Positions 27,604 to 38,285 are shown, counted from the first letter of the stretch. The stretch is 62,970 nucleotides of DNA from Candidatus Alloclostridium intestinigallinarum (GCA_904393845.1 CAJFNB010000004.1:1-62970); one strand, 5' to 3'. Program-made: numbers and translations. The notes: generated from the letters alone by a model not told the origin.

Positions 27604-29255
27604 CCGACATCGAGATAGCTGCAAGCGTGCAGCCCCGTCACATTGCCGAAATAGCGGAAAAGCTGGGCATTGGCGAAGAAGAGCTGGAACTTTACGGCAA
27701 ATACAAGGCGAAGATAAACGTAAAGCCTGATCCGAAAACGGATAATCTGGTGCTCGTAACAGCCATAAATCCCACGTCGCTGGGCGAGGGCAAGACGACC
27801 ACGTCCATAGGGCTTGCGGACGGTATGGCAAAGCTGGGCAAAAAGGTATGCCTTGCGCTGAGGGAACCTTCCTTAGGTCCCGTGTTCGGCATAAAAGGCG
27901 GCGCGACGGGCGGCGGCTGGGCGCAGGTCATTCCCATGGAAGACGTAAATCTGCACTTTACTGGCGATCTGCACGCCATCACCTGCGCGAACAATCTGAT
28001 AGCCGCCATTTTGGACAACTCCCTGCAACAGGGCAATCCGCTGGATATAGACCCCACGCGCGTGGTGTGGAAGAGGTGCCTTGACATGAACGACCGCGCC
28101 CTGCGCAGTATAGTGATAGGGCTGGGCGGACATTCCAACGGCGTGCCCAGGCAGGACGGCTTTAACATTACCGCGGCTTCAGAGATAATGGCGGTGCTGT
28201 GTCTTGCGGAAGATATGCGCGACTTAAAGCGCAGAATAGGCAATATAGTGGTGGCGTATAACCGCGACGGACAGCCCGTTACCTGCGCCGATCTGGGCGT
28301 GACGGACGCGGTTGCAATCGTGCTCAAAGACGCGATAAAGCCCAATCTGGTGCAGACGCTGGAAGGTACTCCCGCCATAATCCACGGCGGACCGTTTGCG
28401 AATATCGCCCACGGCTGTAACAGCATAATAGCCACGAAAACGGCTATGACCCTTGCCGATTACGTGGTCACGGAAGCGGGCTTCGGAGCCGACCTCGGCG
28501 CGGAGAAATTTTTGGATATAAAGTGCCGCGCGGCGGGCATCAAACCCAAGGCGGTGGTGCTTGTGGCAACGGTGCGTGCGCTCAAATTCAACGGCGGCGC
28601 GGACAAAAATTCCCTGACGAGCGAGGACCTGGACAGTCTGGGCAAGGGCATCTGCAACCTTGTGGGACATATAGAAAACCTGCGCGACGTCTACGGCGTG
28701 AACGTGGTGGTGGCTATCAACAAGTTTATCACGGATACCGACGCGGAGATTAAATTCATCGAGCGCGAATGCGTCCGCCAAGGCGCAGAATTCGCCGTGT
28801 GCGAGTGCTGGGCAAAGGGCGGCGACGGCAGTATGGAGCTTGCGCAAAAAGTGCTCAAAGCCATGGAAAAAGGCGGCGGACTCAACTACGCGTATTCGCT
28901 TGATATGAGCGTAAAGGAGAAGATAGAAGCGGTGGCAAAGCGCGTTTACGGCGCGGGCGCGGTGGAATACACCGCCAAGGCGGAAAGCGCGATAAAGGCG
29001 GCGGAGAGCATAGGCAAGGGCGGACTTCCCGTATGTATAGCCAAAACGCAGTATTCTTTCTCCGACGACATGAAAAAGCTGGGCAGACCCACGGGCTTTA
29101 CGCTCACGGTAAACGACCTTGAAGTGCGCGGCGGAGCGGAGTTTTTGGTTGCGGTTTGCGGCAGTATAATGCTTATGCCGGGGCTGGGCAAAAAGCCCGC
29201 GGCGCTCAATATGAGTATAGACGATACGACTTACGAAATAAAAGGTTTGTTCTAG
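27600..29255 (+). CDS. fhs: Formate--tetrahydrofolate ligase.
   Basis: It has the [10 protein letters not shown] nucleotide loop and matches FTHFS along its full length. Confidence 0.95.
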   Translation: MTDIEIAASVQPRHIAEIAEKLGIGEEELELYGKYKAKINVKPDPKTDNLVLVTAINPTSLGEGKTTTSIGLADGMAKLGKKVCLALREPSLGPVFGIKGGATGGGWAQVIPMEDVNLHFTGDLHAITCANNLIAAILDNSLQQGNPLDIDPTRVVWKRCLDMNDRALRSIVIGLGGHSNGVPRQDGFNITAASEIMAVLCLAEDMRDLKRRIGNIVVAYNRDGQPVTCADLGVTDAVAIVLKDAIKPNLVQTLEGTPAIIHGGPFANIAHGCNSIIATKTAMTLADYVVTEAGFGADLGAEKFLDIKCRAAGIKPKAVVLVATVRALKFNGGADKNSLTSEDLDSLGKGICNLVGHIENLRDVYGVNVVVAINKFITDTDAEIKFIERECVRQGAEFAVCECWAKGGDGSMELAQKVLKAMEKGGGLNYAYSLDMSVKEKIEAVAKRVYGAGAVEYTAKAESAIKAAESIGKGGLPVCIAKTQYSFSDDMKKLGRPTGFTLTVNDLEVRGGAEFLVAVCGSIMLMPGLGKKPAALNMSIDDTTYEIKGLF

Positions 29256-29264
29256 GAGAAAAAC

Positions 29265-30896
29265 ATGGACGAGATGACTTCCGGCAACTTTATTGAAGAC
29301 ATTGTGGAAGAAGAGCTTGCTTCGGGCAAGGTGAAAGAGGTGATAACCCGCTTTCCGCCCGAACCCAACGGCTATCTGCATATAGGGCACGCAAAGGCGA
29401 TATGTATAGACTTCGGCATTGCGGCAAAGTACGGCGGCAGGTGCAATTTGCGCTACGACGATACCAATCCGAGCAAAGAGGACGTCGAGTACGTCAACTC
29501 GATAAAAGAGGACATCAGGTGGCTGGGCTTTAAGTGGGACGCGGAACTTTACGCTTCCGACTACTTCGACCGTATGTACGACTGCGCGGTGGAGCTGATC
29601 AAAAAGGGGCTTGCCTATGTGTGCGACTATTCGGCGGAGGAGATAAGAGCCACGCGCGGAACGCTAACTTCTCCCGGAACCAATAGCCCGTGGAGAAACA
29701 GGAGCGTGGAAGAAAATCTGCGCCTGTTTTCCGAGATGAAGGAGGGCAGATACGCCGACGGCGAAAAGGTGCTCCGCGCCAAGATAGACATGGCTTCGCC
29801 CAATATCAACATGCGCGACCCCGTCATCTACCGCATACTGCGCGCCACGCACCACCGCACGGGCGATAAGTGGTGCATCTATCCCATGTACGACTTCGCG
29901 CACCCTCTGGAAGACGCGTTCGAGGGCGTAACACATTCCATCTGCACGCTGGAATTCGAAGACCACCGCCCCCTGTACGACTGGGTAAAGACCAACTGCG
30001 GATTCGTCCCCGGACCCAGGCAGATAGAATTCGCGCGCCTGAACATAAAGCGCACGATAATGTCCAAGCGCTATCTGAAAAAGCTGGTGGACGAGGGCAA
30101 GGTGGAAGGCTGGTCGGATCCGCGTATGCCTACCCTCAGCGGCATGAGGGAGAGGGGCTATCCGCCCGAAGCCATACGCGCATTCTGCGCCGCGGCGGGC
30201 GTTGCCAAGGCAAACAGCGAGCTGGAAGTTTCCATGCTCGAACACTTCGTGCGCGACAATCTCAATATGAACGCGGCGCGCGCCATGGTGGTGCAGGACC
30301 CCATCCGCCTTACCGTCGTGAATATGCAGGGCAGCGAGGACTGCGAAGTTGAGGATAACCCCAACGCCGAGGTCAAAACATACCATACCGTAAAATTCGG
30401 CAGGAATCTGTATATCGACCGTTCCGACTTTGCGCCCGTGCCTCCGCCCAAGTATAAGAGGCTTGTGCCCGGCGGCACCGTCAGGCTGAAAGGCGCGTAC
30501 ATTCTGCAGTACGTATCGCACGAGGTGGACGAAAACGGCAACGTTACGGAAGTAAAGTGCGAATATATCCCCGAAAGCAGGCAGGGCGGAGCAAACGCGG
30601 GCATGAAGGTCAAGGGCGTTATCCAATGGGTGAACGCCGACGACTGCGTGGACGTGACTTTGAACGAATTCGACTATCTGCTTTTGGACGGAGAGGGAGA
30701 CTTCAACGACCGCCTTACGCCGAACAGCAAAGTGGTGCACACGGGAGCCAAGGCGGAAGGAATGCTCAAAAACGCCAAGCCTTACGACAGGTTCCAATTT
30801 ATGCGCATGGGCTATTACAGCGCGGTAAAGGGCTACGGCGTGGGCAGGTACGAGTTCAACATGATTACGGGGTTAAAGGACAGCTATGGCAAGTAA
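29265..30896 (+). CDS. glnS: Glutamine--tRNA ligase.
   Basis: It has RFPPEPNGYLHIGHAK (HIGH) and IMSKR (KMSKS), with GlnRS-type length. Confidence 0.9.
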   Translation: MDEMTSGNFIEDIVEEELASGKVKEVITRFPPEPNGYLHIGHAKAICIDFGIAAKYGGRCNLRYDDTNPSKEDVEYVNSIKEDIRWLGFKWDAELYASDYFDRMYDCAVELIKKGLAYVCDYSAEEIRATRGTLTSPGTNSPWRNRSVEENLRLFSEMKEGRYADGEKVLRAKIDMASPNINMRDPVIYRILRATHHRTGDKWCIYPMYDFAHPLEDAFEGVTHSICTLEFEDHRPLYDWVKTNCGFVPGPRQIEFARLNIKRTIMSKRYLKKLVDEGKVEGWSDPRMPTLSGMRERGYPPEAIRAFCAAAGVAKANSELEVSMLEHFVRDNLNMNAARAMVVQDPIRLTVVNMQGSEDCEVEDNPNAEVKTYHTVKFGRNLYIDRSDFAPVPPPKYKRLVPGGTVRLKGAYILQYVSHEVDENGNVTEVKCEYIPESRQGGANAGMKVKGVIQWVNADDCVDVTLNEFDYLLLDGEGDFNDRLTPNSKVVHTGAKAEGMLKNAKPYDRFQFMRMGYYSAVKGYGVGRYEFNMITGLKDSYGK

Positions 30897-31332
30897 ACGC
30901 CAATTCAAGCCCAAAAGATTAAGGGAGATATACTGCCATTCCGTGTCCCGCTATTCGGCGGACAACGGGCTGAATCTGCACGCCATAGACTACACCGACG
31001 ACGACAACGTCACCGGCTATAAGTGCGTGCTCGGCGTGGACAAAGACGGCAAGCCTTCCTATATCAAAGAATTTTTCTCCGTCATGTGGGGCAACGACGA
31101 AGTGAACGTCTTTGTCGACCTTGCGGATAATCTGGAAGGCTTTTCCCTTACGGGAGAGGTAAAGTCCGCCGTGGAAAACGGCGTTCCCGTATCCTACACC
31201 GTCCGCCGCGGTATGTTCGGCAGATTCCACTACAACGCGCTTATCACCCTGGACGGCACGCGCTACTACTTTTATATCATGACCATACGCGGCGCTTCGT
31301 TCAAACGCATTATGGACAAATTCTGTAAATAA
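30886..31332 (+). CDS. Hypothetical protein (148 aa).
   Basis: The ORF overlaps the glnS stop by 11 nt. No motif was recognised. Confidence 0.4.
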   Translation: MASKRQFKPKRLREIYCHSVSRYSADNGLNLHAIDYTDDDNVTGYKCVLGVDKDGKPSYIKEFFSVMWGNDEVNVFVDLADNLEGFSLTGEVKSAVENGVPVSYTVRRGMFGRFHYNALITLDGTRYYFYIMTIRGASFKRIMDKFCK

Positions 31333-31400
31333 TAAGCGAAGCAAAACCGCTCTTTTGCGGGCGGAAGCGCCGTGCTGACGGTGTGCGGAAAAAGTGTATG

Positions 31401-31443
31401 AAAAAATTCGGGCGGCATAAAATGCCGCCCGGATAATTTTTTA
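31401..31443. terminator. Bidirectional terminator.
   Basis: AAAAAA, then a 12-bp stem TTCGGGCGGCAT/ATGCCGCCCGGA, then T-rich sequence. It lies between convergent genes. Confidence 0.8.
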
Positions 31444-31472
31444 TTTACGGTTTGCGCCTAAGCGCCCCTCTT

Positions 31473-32870
31473 TTATTCAAAGATATTCTTTTTTGCTCTC
31501 TCCGGCGGTCTGGACGGATAAACGCCCGTAAAGCAACCCTTGCAGAAGTGCACTTTGGAGTTGGGCGCAATCTGTTCCAGGGTGTTCACGTCAAGGAAAC
31601 CGAGGGAATCGGCGGATATTTTTTCAAGCAGCTGTTCGTCGGTGTACTTGCAGCACGCCAGCTGGTCGGAATCGGGTACGTCCGTGCCGAAGAAGCAGGG
31701 GAAGAGGAATTTGGGCGAAGCTATGCGCACGTGCACTTCCAGCGCGCCCGCCTTCTTCAGAAGTTTTACGATATTGGCGATTGTCGTGCCGCGCACAATC
31801 GAGTCGTCCACCATTATAATGCGCTTGCCGTTCACGTTGCTTTTGAGTACGTTCAGTTTGAGGGCGACGCTGCGTTCGCGCTGGGACTGCGAAGGCTGGA
31901 TAAACGTCCTGCCTATATATCTGTTCTTGACAAGGCCCAGCCCGAAGGGGATTCCGCTTTCCATGCTGTAACCTATCGCGCTGGAAAGTCCGCTGTCGGG
32001 TACGCCGATGACAAGGTCGGCGTCCACGGGGTGCTGCTGTGCCAAAAGCTGACCCGTGAGCACGCGCGATTCGTTGACAGACTGTCCGTCGATAACACTG
32101 TCGGGACGCGCGAAGTAGATATGCTCGAATATGCAGGACGCCGTCTTGTCCGTGCAGAAACGCTCGTCGGAAGAAAATTGTCCGTGGTGCAGGGTGATTA
32201 TCTCGCCCGGCTTGACGTCGCGCACGAACTCCGCGCCGACGGTGTCGAGCGCGCACGTTTCGGAAGCAAAGACGTAATCTTCGCCTATCCTGCCCATGCA
32301 CAGGGGGCGTACGCCGAACGGGTCGCGCACGGCTATCAGCTTGGTGGGGCTCATAACCAGAAGCGAGAAGGAACCTTTCAGCTTGGGCACGACCTGCGCG
32401 ATAGCTTCTTCCACGCTGGGGCAGTTGATACGCGCCTTTGCTATGAGGTATGCGATAATCTCCGTGTCGTTTGTGGAGTGGAACAGCGCGCCCGAATTTT
32501 CCAGCTCTTTGCGCAGCTCGTCCGCGTTGAAGATATTGCCGTTGTGGGCAATTGCCAGCGTGCCTTTCACGTAGGAGACGAAAAGCGGCTGGGCGTTTTC
32601 ACGCGTGTTGCTTCCTATGGTGGAATAGCGCACGTGGCCTATCGAAATGTTGCCGGGCATTGCGGTGAGATCCGCGTCGGAAAATACGTCGGAAACAAGT
32701 CCCAGATCCTTCTTGCAGGTGGTAACCCTGTCCTTGTTCACGGCTATGCCGCAGGCTTCCTGACCGCGGTGCTGGAGGGCGAAAAGCCCGTAGTAAACGG
32801 TTTTGGCAATGTTGGGTCTGTCCTGCGTGGAATAGTAACCGAACACGCCGCATTCTTCTTTAAGTGCCAT
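31473..32870 (-). CDS. purF: Amidophosphoribosyltransferase.
   Basis: The N-terminal nucleophile context is MALKEECGVFG. The PRPP loop is VDDSIVRGTT. GGGAGGA precedes the ATG at 32870. Confidence 0.9.
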   Translation of the reverse strand: MALKEECGVFGYYSTQDRPNIAKTVYYGLFALQHRGQEACGIAVNKDRVTTCKKDLGLVSDVFSDADLTAMPGNISIGHVRYSTIGSNTRENAQPLFVSYVKGTLAIAHNGNIFNADELRKELENSGALFHSTNDTEIIAYLIAKARINCPSVEEAIAQVVPKLKGSFSLLVMSPTKLIAVRDPFGVRPLCMGRIGEDYVFASETCALDTVGAEFVRDVKPGEIITLHHGQFSSDERFCTDKTASCIFEHIYFARPDSVIDGQSVNESRVLTGQLLAQQHPVDADLVIGVPDSGLSSAIGYSMESGIPFGLGLVKNRYIGRTFIQPSQSQRERSVALKLNVLKSNVNGKRIIMVDDSIVRGTTIANIVKLLKKAGALEVHVRIASPKFLFPCFFGTDVPDSDQLACCKYTDEQLLEKISADSLGFLDVNTLEQIAPNSKVHFCKGCFTGVYPSRPPERAKKNIFE

Positions 32871-32898
32871 AAAAGTGTCCTCCCGAAAAAACAATAAG

Positions 32899-32927
32899 AT
32901 TATAGCACGCGCGGCGGCAGATGTAAA
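32899..32927 (-). promoter_or_regulatory. Promoter TTTACA-17-TATAAT with a TGc extension (minus strand) for purF.
   Basis: Read on the reverse complement. Confidence 0.6.
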
Positions 32928-32986
32928 GTAAATGGCGGTTATTGCGGACAAGAAATAAGCGCAATTTCCCGGCTGTAAAACGCGGA

Positions 32987-33016
32987 TAAAAAGCGGGCGC
33001 GTTCCGCCCGCTTTTA
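32987..33016 (-). terminator. Terminator of the fucosidase gene.
   Basis: On the minus strand the stem AGCGGGCG/CGCCCGCT is followed by TTTTT. Confidence 0.75.
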
Positions 33017-33040
33017 ATAAAGGTTCGGCAGATACCTGAC

Positions 33041-34030
33041 TTATTCCGCGCTTCTTTCTATTCCGAGCAGTCTGGCGGCGGAAAGCAGGCAGTCTATATC
33101 TTCCTTTTCCTGCACGCCCTGCGTATTCGGGGCGATATTCACCACAAGCGTGTTATCGTGGTCTGTCAGCAGGCGGTATTTATCCGCTATGAACTGCGCG
33201 CCCACAAGCGGGTCTTTCGTATAGGCGGGGTCCCAGAACCAGTTGCTCATATTGCGTATGCAAATCGTAGCTTCGAAGGGCAGGTAATAGGTGTTTCCGC
33301 CGTGGGTGTACAGCTTGGGGTCGTCTTCGCGCGGAAAGTGCGGGTCCCACAGCCTGAAATCGGACGGAAAGTAGCGGATATTCATGCCCTCTTTGTAGCG
33401 TTCGGGGCGGAAGCGCGGGGAAGTCCATTTGCGCAGTCCCTTGCCTATGGTAAGGTTGACGGCTACGGCGCAGCCGGGCTGAAGGCGGTGCGCCAGGTCG
33501 TAAAGGCGGGGAATATCCCATTGTTTGGGGTACTTGTCCCAGCCGCCGTCCAGCCAAAGCTCGGCAATTTCGCCGTATCTGCCGCCCATAAGTTCCGTAA
33601 GGTGCGCGCACATATAGTCCGCGTATTTTTTGTCGTCTTTATAACACTTTTCGTGCCTGTCCCACAGCGAATAGTAAAGTCCCAGCTTAATGCCGTATTT
33701 TTTGCACGCCTCCGACACTTTCGCGACCACGTCTACGGGTACGGGCGATTTGTTTACGCAATAGTCGGTCGTGTCCGTATCCCACATGCAAAAGCCGTCG
33801 TGGTGTTTGGTTATCAAAATTACGTAGTTCATGCCCGCCGTATAGGCGTTTTTCACCCAGCCTTCCGCGTCTATCGCGGCGGGACGGTGGCCGTTTATAT
33901 CGAGTTTGCCGTTCGACCATTCCGTGTCGTAAAAGGTGTTTATTCCGAAATGGATAAACATTCCGTACTTGCGCGCAATCATGGCGCGCTGTACGTCGTT
34001 GGGTTCAGTCGAGGGTTTCAGCGTTATCAT
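33041..34030 (-). CDS. GH29 alpha-L-fucosidase (catalytic domain only).
   Basis: It has the YGMFIHFG.. and ITKHHDGFCMWDT motifs. Confidence 0.85.
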   Translation of the reverse strand: MITLKPSTEPNDVQRAMIARKYGMFIHFGINTFYDTEWSNGKLDINGHRPAAIDAEGWVKNAYTAGMNYVILITKHHDGFCMWDTDTTDYCVNKSPVPVDVVAKVSEACKKYGIKLGLYYSLWDRHEKCYKDDKKYADYMCAHLTELMGGRYGEIAELWLDGGWDKYPKQWDIPRLYDLAHRLQPGCAVAVNLTIGKGLRKWTSPRFRPERYKEGMNIRYFPSDFRLWDPHFPREDDPKLYTHGGNTYYLPFEATICIRNMSNWFWDPAYTKDPLVGAQFIADKYRLLTDHDNTLVVNIAPNTQGVQEKEDIDCLLSAARLLGIERSAE

Positions 34031-34069
34031 AATTTATCTCCTTATTTTCCGCGGGGCGGAATTTTTCAA

Positions 34070-34433
34070 GCAGATTCATGAAAAATTGAACTGCTAGGGC
34101 GGCTGCAAATGGCGCGAATATCCTGCCGTCGGTGTAATATACCACCCTGCCCACCGAATACGAAATAACTTCCGCAAGACAATGCGCGCACGCCATGGCG
34201 CAGATTGCGGCAATGACGAGCGCCGCGGCGGACGTAAGGCGGGCGCTTTTGCGTTACCGTAACTAAATTATAGCATGCAAGCAGTATAAAGACAATACCG
34301 AGCGCGCCCGAAAAGCCCTGTATTTGTCCGAATATGGCGCGGCGCGAAGGCTTTGTGCGGATAAAAGTTTCCTCCGGGCGCAGAAATTCGCAGGCTATGC
34401 CCGTGATAATAAGCGCAATTGCGGCGTCGGGAT
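34070..34433 (-). pseudogene. Possible decayed small membrane-protein gene (no start codon, apparent frameshift).
   Basis: On the minus strand, hydrophobic protein-like translation continues across two frames (..IALIITGIACEF..GALGIVFILLAC.. then ..LVIAAICAMACAHCLAEVISY..). There is no ATG or RBS. Confidence 0.25.
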
Positions 34434-34531
34434 GCGGGGGATATTAGCCTTTTGCGTTACGGACGGCGGCGAAGAATCCGGCGCGGAAAAAGGCTTTTTG
34501 GCGCGCCTTTGCGCAAAAATAAAAAATTTTC

Positions 34532-34560
34532 TTTACACGGGGCGCGCGGAGTGGTATAAT
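34532..34560 (+). promoter_or_regulatory. Promoter TTTACA-17-TATAAT with a TGg extension for pgk.
   Basis: Read directly. AAAGGAG lies further downstream, before the ATG at 34608. Confidence 0.65.
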
Positions 34561-34607
34561 AGTGCCGTAAGAAATCTTCCACTTCAAAAAAAGGAGTTTT
34601 TATCATC

Positions 34608-35927
34608 ATGAACAAAAAGACCGTAAAAGACGTAGACGTAAAGGGCAAGCGTTGCCTGGTCAGGTGCGACTTCAACGTACCTATGAAAAGCGGCGTTATC
34701 ACCGATGACAACCGCATTATGGGCGCTCTGCCCACCATCAAGTATCTGATGGAGCACGGCGCAAAGGTGATACTTTGCTCGCATCTGGGCAAGCCCCACG
34801 GCATTCTCAGCGACAATATCAAGCTGAACAAGAAGGAGAAGAAGGCGATAGAAGCCCTTCCCGAAGACCAGCGCGGCGAAGCCACCGCGAAGGCTATCAC
34901 CAAGGCGCTCGCGGAAGATCCCGTCAAGTTCACCCTCAAGCCCGTTGCCGACAGGCTCAACGAACTTCTCGGCGGTAAAGTGACCTTTGCAAAGGACGTC
35001 GTGGGTCCCGATGCGCAGGAAAAGGTCGCCGCGTGCAAGGAAGGGGAGTGCGTGCTTTTGGAAAACACCCGCTTCCATTCGGAAGAAGAAGCCTGCGACA
35101 AGGAATTCTGCCGTAAGCTCGCCGCATTCTGCGATATATTCGTGAACGACGCGTTCGGCACCGCGCACCGTTCCCACGCTTCCACCGCGGGCATTGTGGA
35201 GTACGGCTTTGTAAAGACCGCCGTATGCGGCTTCCTCATCGAAAAGGAACTTTCCGTCATGGCGGACGCGCTCGAACATCCCGTACGTCCCTTCGTTGCC
35301 GTTCTGGGCGGCGCAAAGGTGGCGGACAAGCTGAACGTCATCTCCAATCTGCTTGAAAAGTGCGACAGCCTTATCATCGGCGGCGGCATGGCTTACACCT
35401 TTATCAAAGCCACCGGCGGCGACGTGGGCACTTCGCTCGTGGACGATTCCAAGATAGATTACTGCAAGGATATGCTCGCAAAGGCGGACAAGCTGGGCAA
35501 GAAGATATATCTGCCCGTCGACACCAAGTATGCCGACGCTTTCCCCGATCCCATCGACGCGGAGATAGAGCTGGGCACCTGCGTAGCGGGCGCGATTCCC
35601 GCGGGCAAGATGGGTCTTGACATCGGTCCCAAGACCTGCAAGGAATTTGCGGACGTAATCAAGACCGCCAAGACGGTTATCTGGAACGGACCTATGGGCG
35701 TGTTTGAAAATCCCCAGCTTGCCGTCGGCACGATAGAAGTCGCCAAGGCAATGGCGGAAGCAAAGGGCGCGACCACAATTATCGGCGGCGGCGATTCCGC
35801 GGCGGCTGTAAAGCAGCTGGGCTTTGCGGACAAGATGAGCCATATTTCCACGGGCGGCGGCGCTTCGCTGGAACTGTTCGAAGGCAAGGTGCTCCCCGGC
35901 ATCGCGTGCCTCAACGACAAGGACTAA
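34608..35927 (+). CDS. pgk: Phosphoglycerate kinase (with a ~36-aa charged insertion after the GKPxG loop).
   Basis: It has RCDFNVP, the SHLGKP motif and a C-terminal [13 protein letters not shown]. Confidence 0.95.
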   Translation: MNKKTVKDVDVKGKRCLVRCDFNVPMKSGVITDDNRIMGALPTIKYLMEHGAKVILCSHLGKPHGILSDNIKLNKKEKKAIEALPEDQRGEATAKAITKALAEDPVKFTLKPVADRLNELLGGKVTFAKDVVGPDAQEKVAACKEGECVLLENTRFHSEEEACDKEFCRKLAAFCDIFVNDAFGTAHRSHASTAGIVEYGFVKTAVCGFLIEKELSVMADALEHPVRPFVAVLGGAKVADKLNVISNLLEKCDSLIIGGGMAYTFIKATGGDVGTSLVDDSKIDYCKDMLAKADKLGKKIYLPVDTKYADAFPDPIDAEIELGTCVAGAIPAGKMGLDIGPKTCKEFADVIKTAKTVIWNGPMGVFENPQLAVGTIEVAKAMAEAKGATTIIGGGDSAAAVKQLGFADKMSHISTGGGASLELFEGKVLPGIACLNDKD

Positions 35928-35947
35928 TTTATTAAGAGGTAATATAT

Positions 35948-36703
35948 ATGAGAAGACCTATAATCGCAGGCAACTGGAAGATGAACAACACCAAGGCGCA
36001 GACCTATGCGCTGCTCAACGACCTTATCCCCCTTGTAAAGGACGCGGAGGCGGAAGTTGTCATCTGCGTGCCCTACACCTCCATATGGGCGGCGGGAGAG
36101 GCCATTAAAGGCACCAATATCCACCTGGGCGCGGAGAATGTGCACTGGGCGGAAAAAGGCGCTTTCACCGGCGAAATCTCCGCGGATATGCTCAAGGAAC
36201 AGGGCGTTGAATACGTAATCATCGGACACAGCGAACGCCGCCAGTATTTCGGCGAAACCGACCAGACGGTGAATATGCGCGTTAAAGCGGCTCTCGCACA
36301 CGGACTCAAACCCATCATCTGCGTGGGTGAAACGCTGGAAGAGCGCGAGGGCGGCAAGGTGGAAGAAGTGCTCGTGCGCCAGACCACGGAAGCGTTCAGG
36401 GACATCGACAAGAGCGAACTTGAAAACATAGTCATCGCCTATGAACCCGTATGGGCAATCGGTACGGGCAAGACCGCTACCGCGCAGGACGCCAATGACA
36501 CCATCGCCATCATACGCGGCACCATGGCAAAACTCTACTGCGAGAAGTGCGCGGAAGAAAAGGTGCGCATACAGTACGGCGGCTCCATGAACCCCAAGAA
36601 CGCCAAGGAACTGATGGCTATGCCCCAGATAGACGGCGGACTTATCGGCGGAGCTTCGCTCAAAGCAGTCGACTTCTCCCAGGTCGTCAAGTACAACGGC
36701 TGA
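35948..36703 (+). CDS. tpiA: Triosephosphate isomerase.
   Basis: It has the AYEPVWAIGTG and IQYGGS motifs. Confidence 0.95.
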   Translation: MRRPIIAGNWKMNNTKAQTYALLNDLIPLVKDAEAEVVICVPYTSIWAAGEAIKGTNIHLGAENVHWAEKGAFTGEISADMLKEQGVEYVIIGHSERRQYFGETDQTVNMRVKAALAHGLKPIICVGETLEEREGGKVEEVLVRQTTEAFRDIDKSELENIVIAYEPVWAIGTGKTATAQDANDTIAIIRGTMAKLYCEKCAEEKVRIQYGGSMNPKNAKELMAMPQIDGGLIGGASLKAVDFSQVVKYNG

Positions 36704-36722
36704 TATCTGCGGACGGAATAAC

Positions 36723-36750
36723 GCGGCGCGGAATTATCCGCGCCGTTTTT
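36723..36750 (+). terminator. Terminator/attenuator hairpin after tpiA.
   Basis: The stem CGGCGCGGA/TCCGCGCCG is followed by TTTTT. Confidence 0.65.
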
Positions 36751-36772
36751 CGAATTCAGGAAGGAGCGCAAT

Positions 36773-38251
36773 ATGGACAGACCCAATATCGTCATGATAA
36801 TGGCGGACGATATGGGCGCGTGGGCTATGGGCTGCGCGCAAAACAAGGACGTCATAACGCCCAATATAGACGCGCTTGCGGAAGACGGGGTGCTGTTTGA
36901 AAACTTCTTCTGCGCAAGTCCCGTCTGTTCCCCGGCAAGGGCGTCCGTACTTACGGGAACCATGCCGTCCGTTCACGGCGTACACGACTGGATTTCGCGC
37001 GGCAATCTGCCCGGGCAGCAGTTCAACGGAAAGACTATGCCCGAGGTGGAGTATATCGGGCATCTGACCGCATATACGGAATTGCTTGCGGAAAGCGGCT
37101 ACGAATGCGCTTTGAGCGGAAAATGGCATCTGGGTAGCAGCCTTAAACCGCAAAAGGGCTTTTCCCGCTGGTTTACCATAGGGCAGGGCGGCTGCAATTA
37201 TTTTTCTCCCGACGTGGTCGAGGACGGACGCCTGACGGTGCGGACGGAGTACGTAACCGACCTTATAACGCGCGACGCGGTGAAAAACATACGCGAACTG
37301 TCGCAGGGGGATAAGCCGTTTTATCTGAGCGTACACTATACGGCGCCGCACTGTCCGTGGGACAGGAAAAACCATAAAGAGCGCATCTGGAAGATGTACC
37401 GCAACTGCAGATATTCCTCCACTCCGGCGTGCGGGCGTCTGCATCCGCTTTTAACCAACGAACCGCGTATGTTTTCGCCGTTGCAGAGAAAAAACCGGCT
37501 CAGAGGCTATTACAGCGCGATGACGGGTATGGATGAAGGAATAGGGGAGATAACCGCGGCGCTGAAAGATGCGGGGATATACGATAATACGGTCGTGATA
37601 TTTACGTCCGATAACGGAATGAGTATGGGGCACCACGGGGTGTTCGGAAAGGGCAACGCCACTTATCCCCAGAATATGTACGATTCTGCCGTCAAAGTGC
37701 CGTTTATCATATCCGGGAACACCTTAGGACTGAAAAAAGGCACGCATTGTACAGGCTTGTACAGCCATTGCGATATAATGCCAACGCTCATAGATATGCT
37801 GTCTTTGCCGGCGGACAGGGTGAAACAGCGCCTTCCCGGAAAAAGTTTCGCGCCGCTTCTGCGCGGAGAGGGCGAAGAAGAGAGCAAAAGCGTGGTGGTA
37901 ACGGGCGAATACGGAATGTCCGAAATGATAAGGACGGAAAGGTATAAACTCGTGGTCAGGGAAGGGTCTTTCGACGAATTTTACGACCTTCTGAACGACC
38001 CCGGCGAAAAAATCAACCTTGCCGGAAGCTGTCCGCCGGAAGCGGAAAAACTGAAAGAAGAACTCGCGCGGTTCATGGCGGAAAACTCCGACCCCGTCTA
38101 CCGCTGTAAAGGAGAGGACGTCAAAGGGTCGGGGCAGGTTACGAGCCTTGCTGCGGACAAAAACGGCGCTTTCGACGCCTTCTGCGGATACAGAAGTCCG
38201 TTCAGGGCGAAACGCTTTCTGAAAAAATACAAGTCCGGGAAAATCCGTTAG
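36773..38251 (+). CDS. Cys-type sulfatase (arylsulfatase family).
   Basis: It has MADDMG and the formylglycine motif CSPARASVLTG. AGGAAGGAG precedes the ATG. Confidence 0.85.
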   Translation: MDRPNIVMIMADDMGAWAMGCAQNKDVITPNIDALAEDGVLFENFFCASPVCSPARASVLTGTMPSVHGVHDWISRGNLPGQQFNGKTMPEVEYIGHLTAYTELLAESGYECALSGKWHLGSSLKPQKGFSRWFTIGQGGCNYFSPDVVEDGRLTVRTEYVTDLITRDAVKNIRELSQGDKPFYLSVHYTAPHCPWDRKNHKERIWKMYRNCRYSSTPACGRLHPLLTNEPRMFSPLQRKNRLRGYYSAMTGMDEGIGEITAALKDAGIYDNTVVIFTSDNGMSMGHHGVFGKGNATYPQNMYDSAVKVPFIISGNTLGLKKGTHCTGLYSHCDIMPTLIDMLSLPADRVKQRLPGKSFAPLLRGEGEEESKSVVVTGEYGMSEMIRTERYKLVVREGSFDEFYDLLNDPGEKINLAGSCPPEAEKLKEELARFMAENSDPVYRCKGEDVKGSGQVTSLAADKNGAFDAFCGYRSPFRAKRFLKKYKSGKIR

Positions 38252-38259
38252 AACAAAAC

Positions 38260-38285
38260 GGCGCTCCGCACGGAGCGCCTTTTTG
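38260..38285 (+). terminator. Rho-independent terminator of the sulfatase gene.
   Basis: The stem GGCGCTCC/GGAGCGCC is followed by TTTTT. Confidence 0.75.

Noticed and set aside
34324-34611. A 95-aa plus-strand ORF ending at the pgk start.
   Set aside because: It spans the pgk promoter and RBS. It has an Arg/Gly-rich composition with no RBS and no motif.
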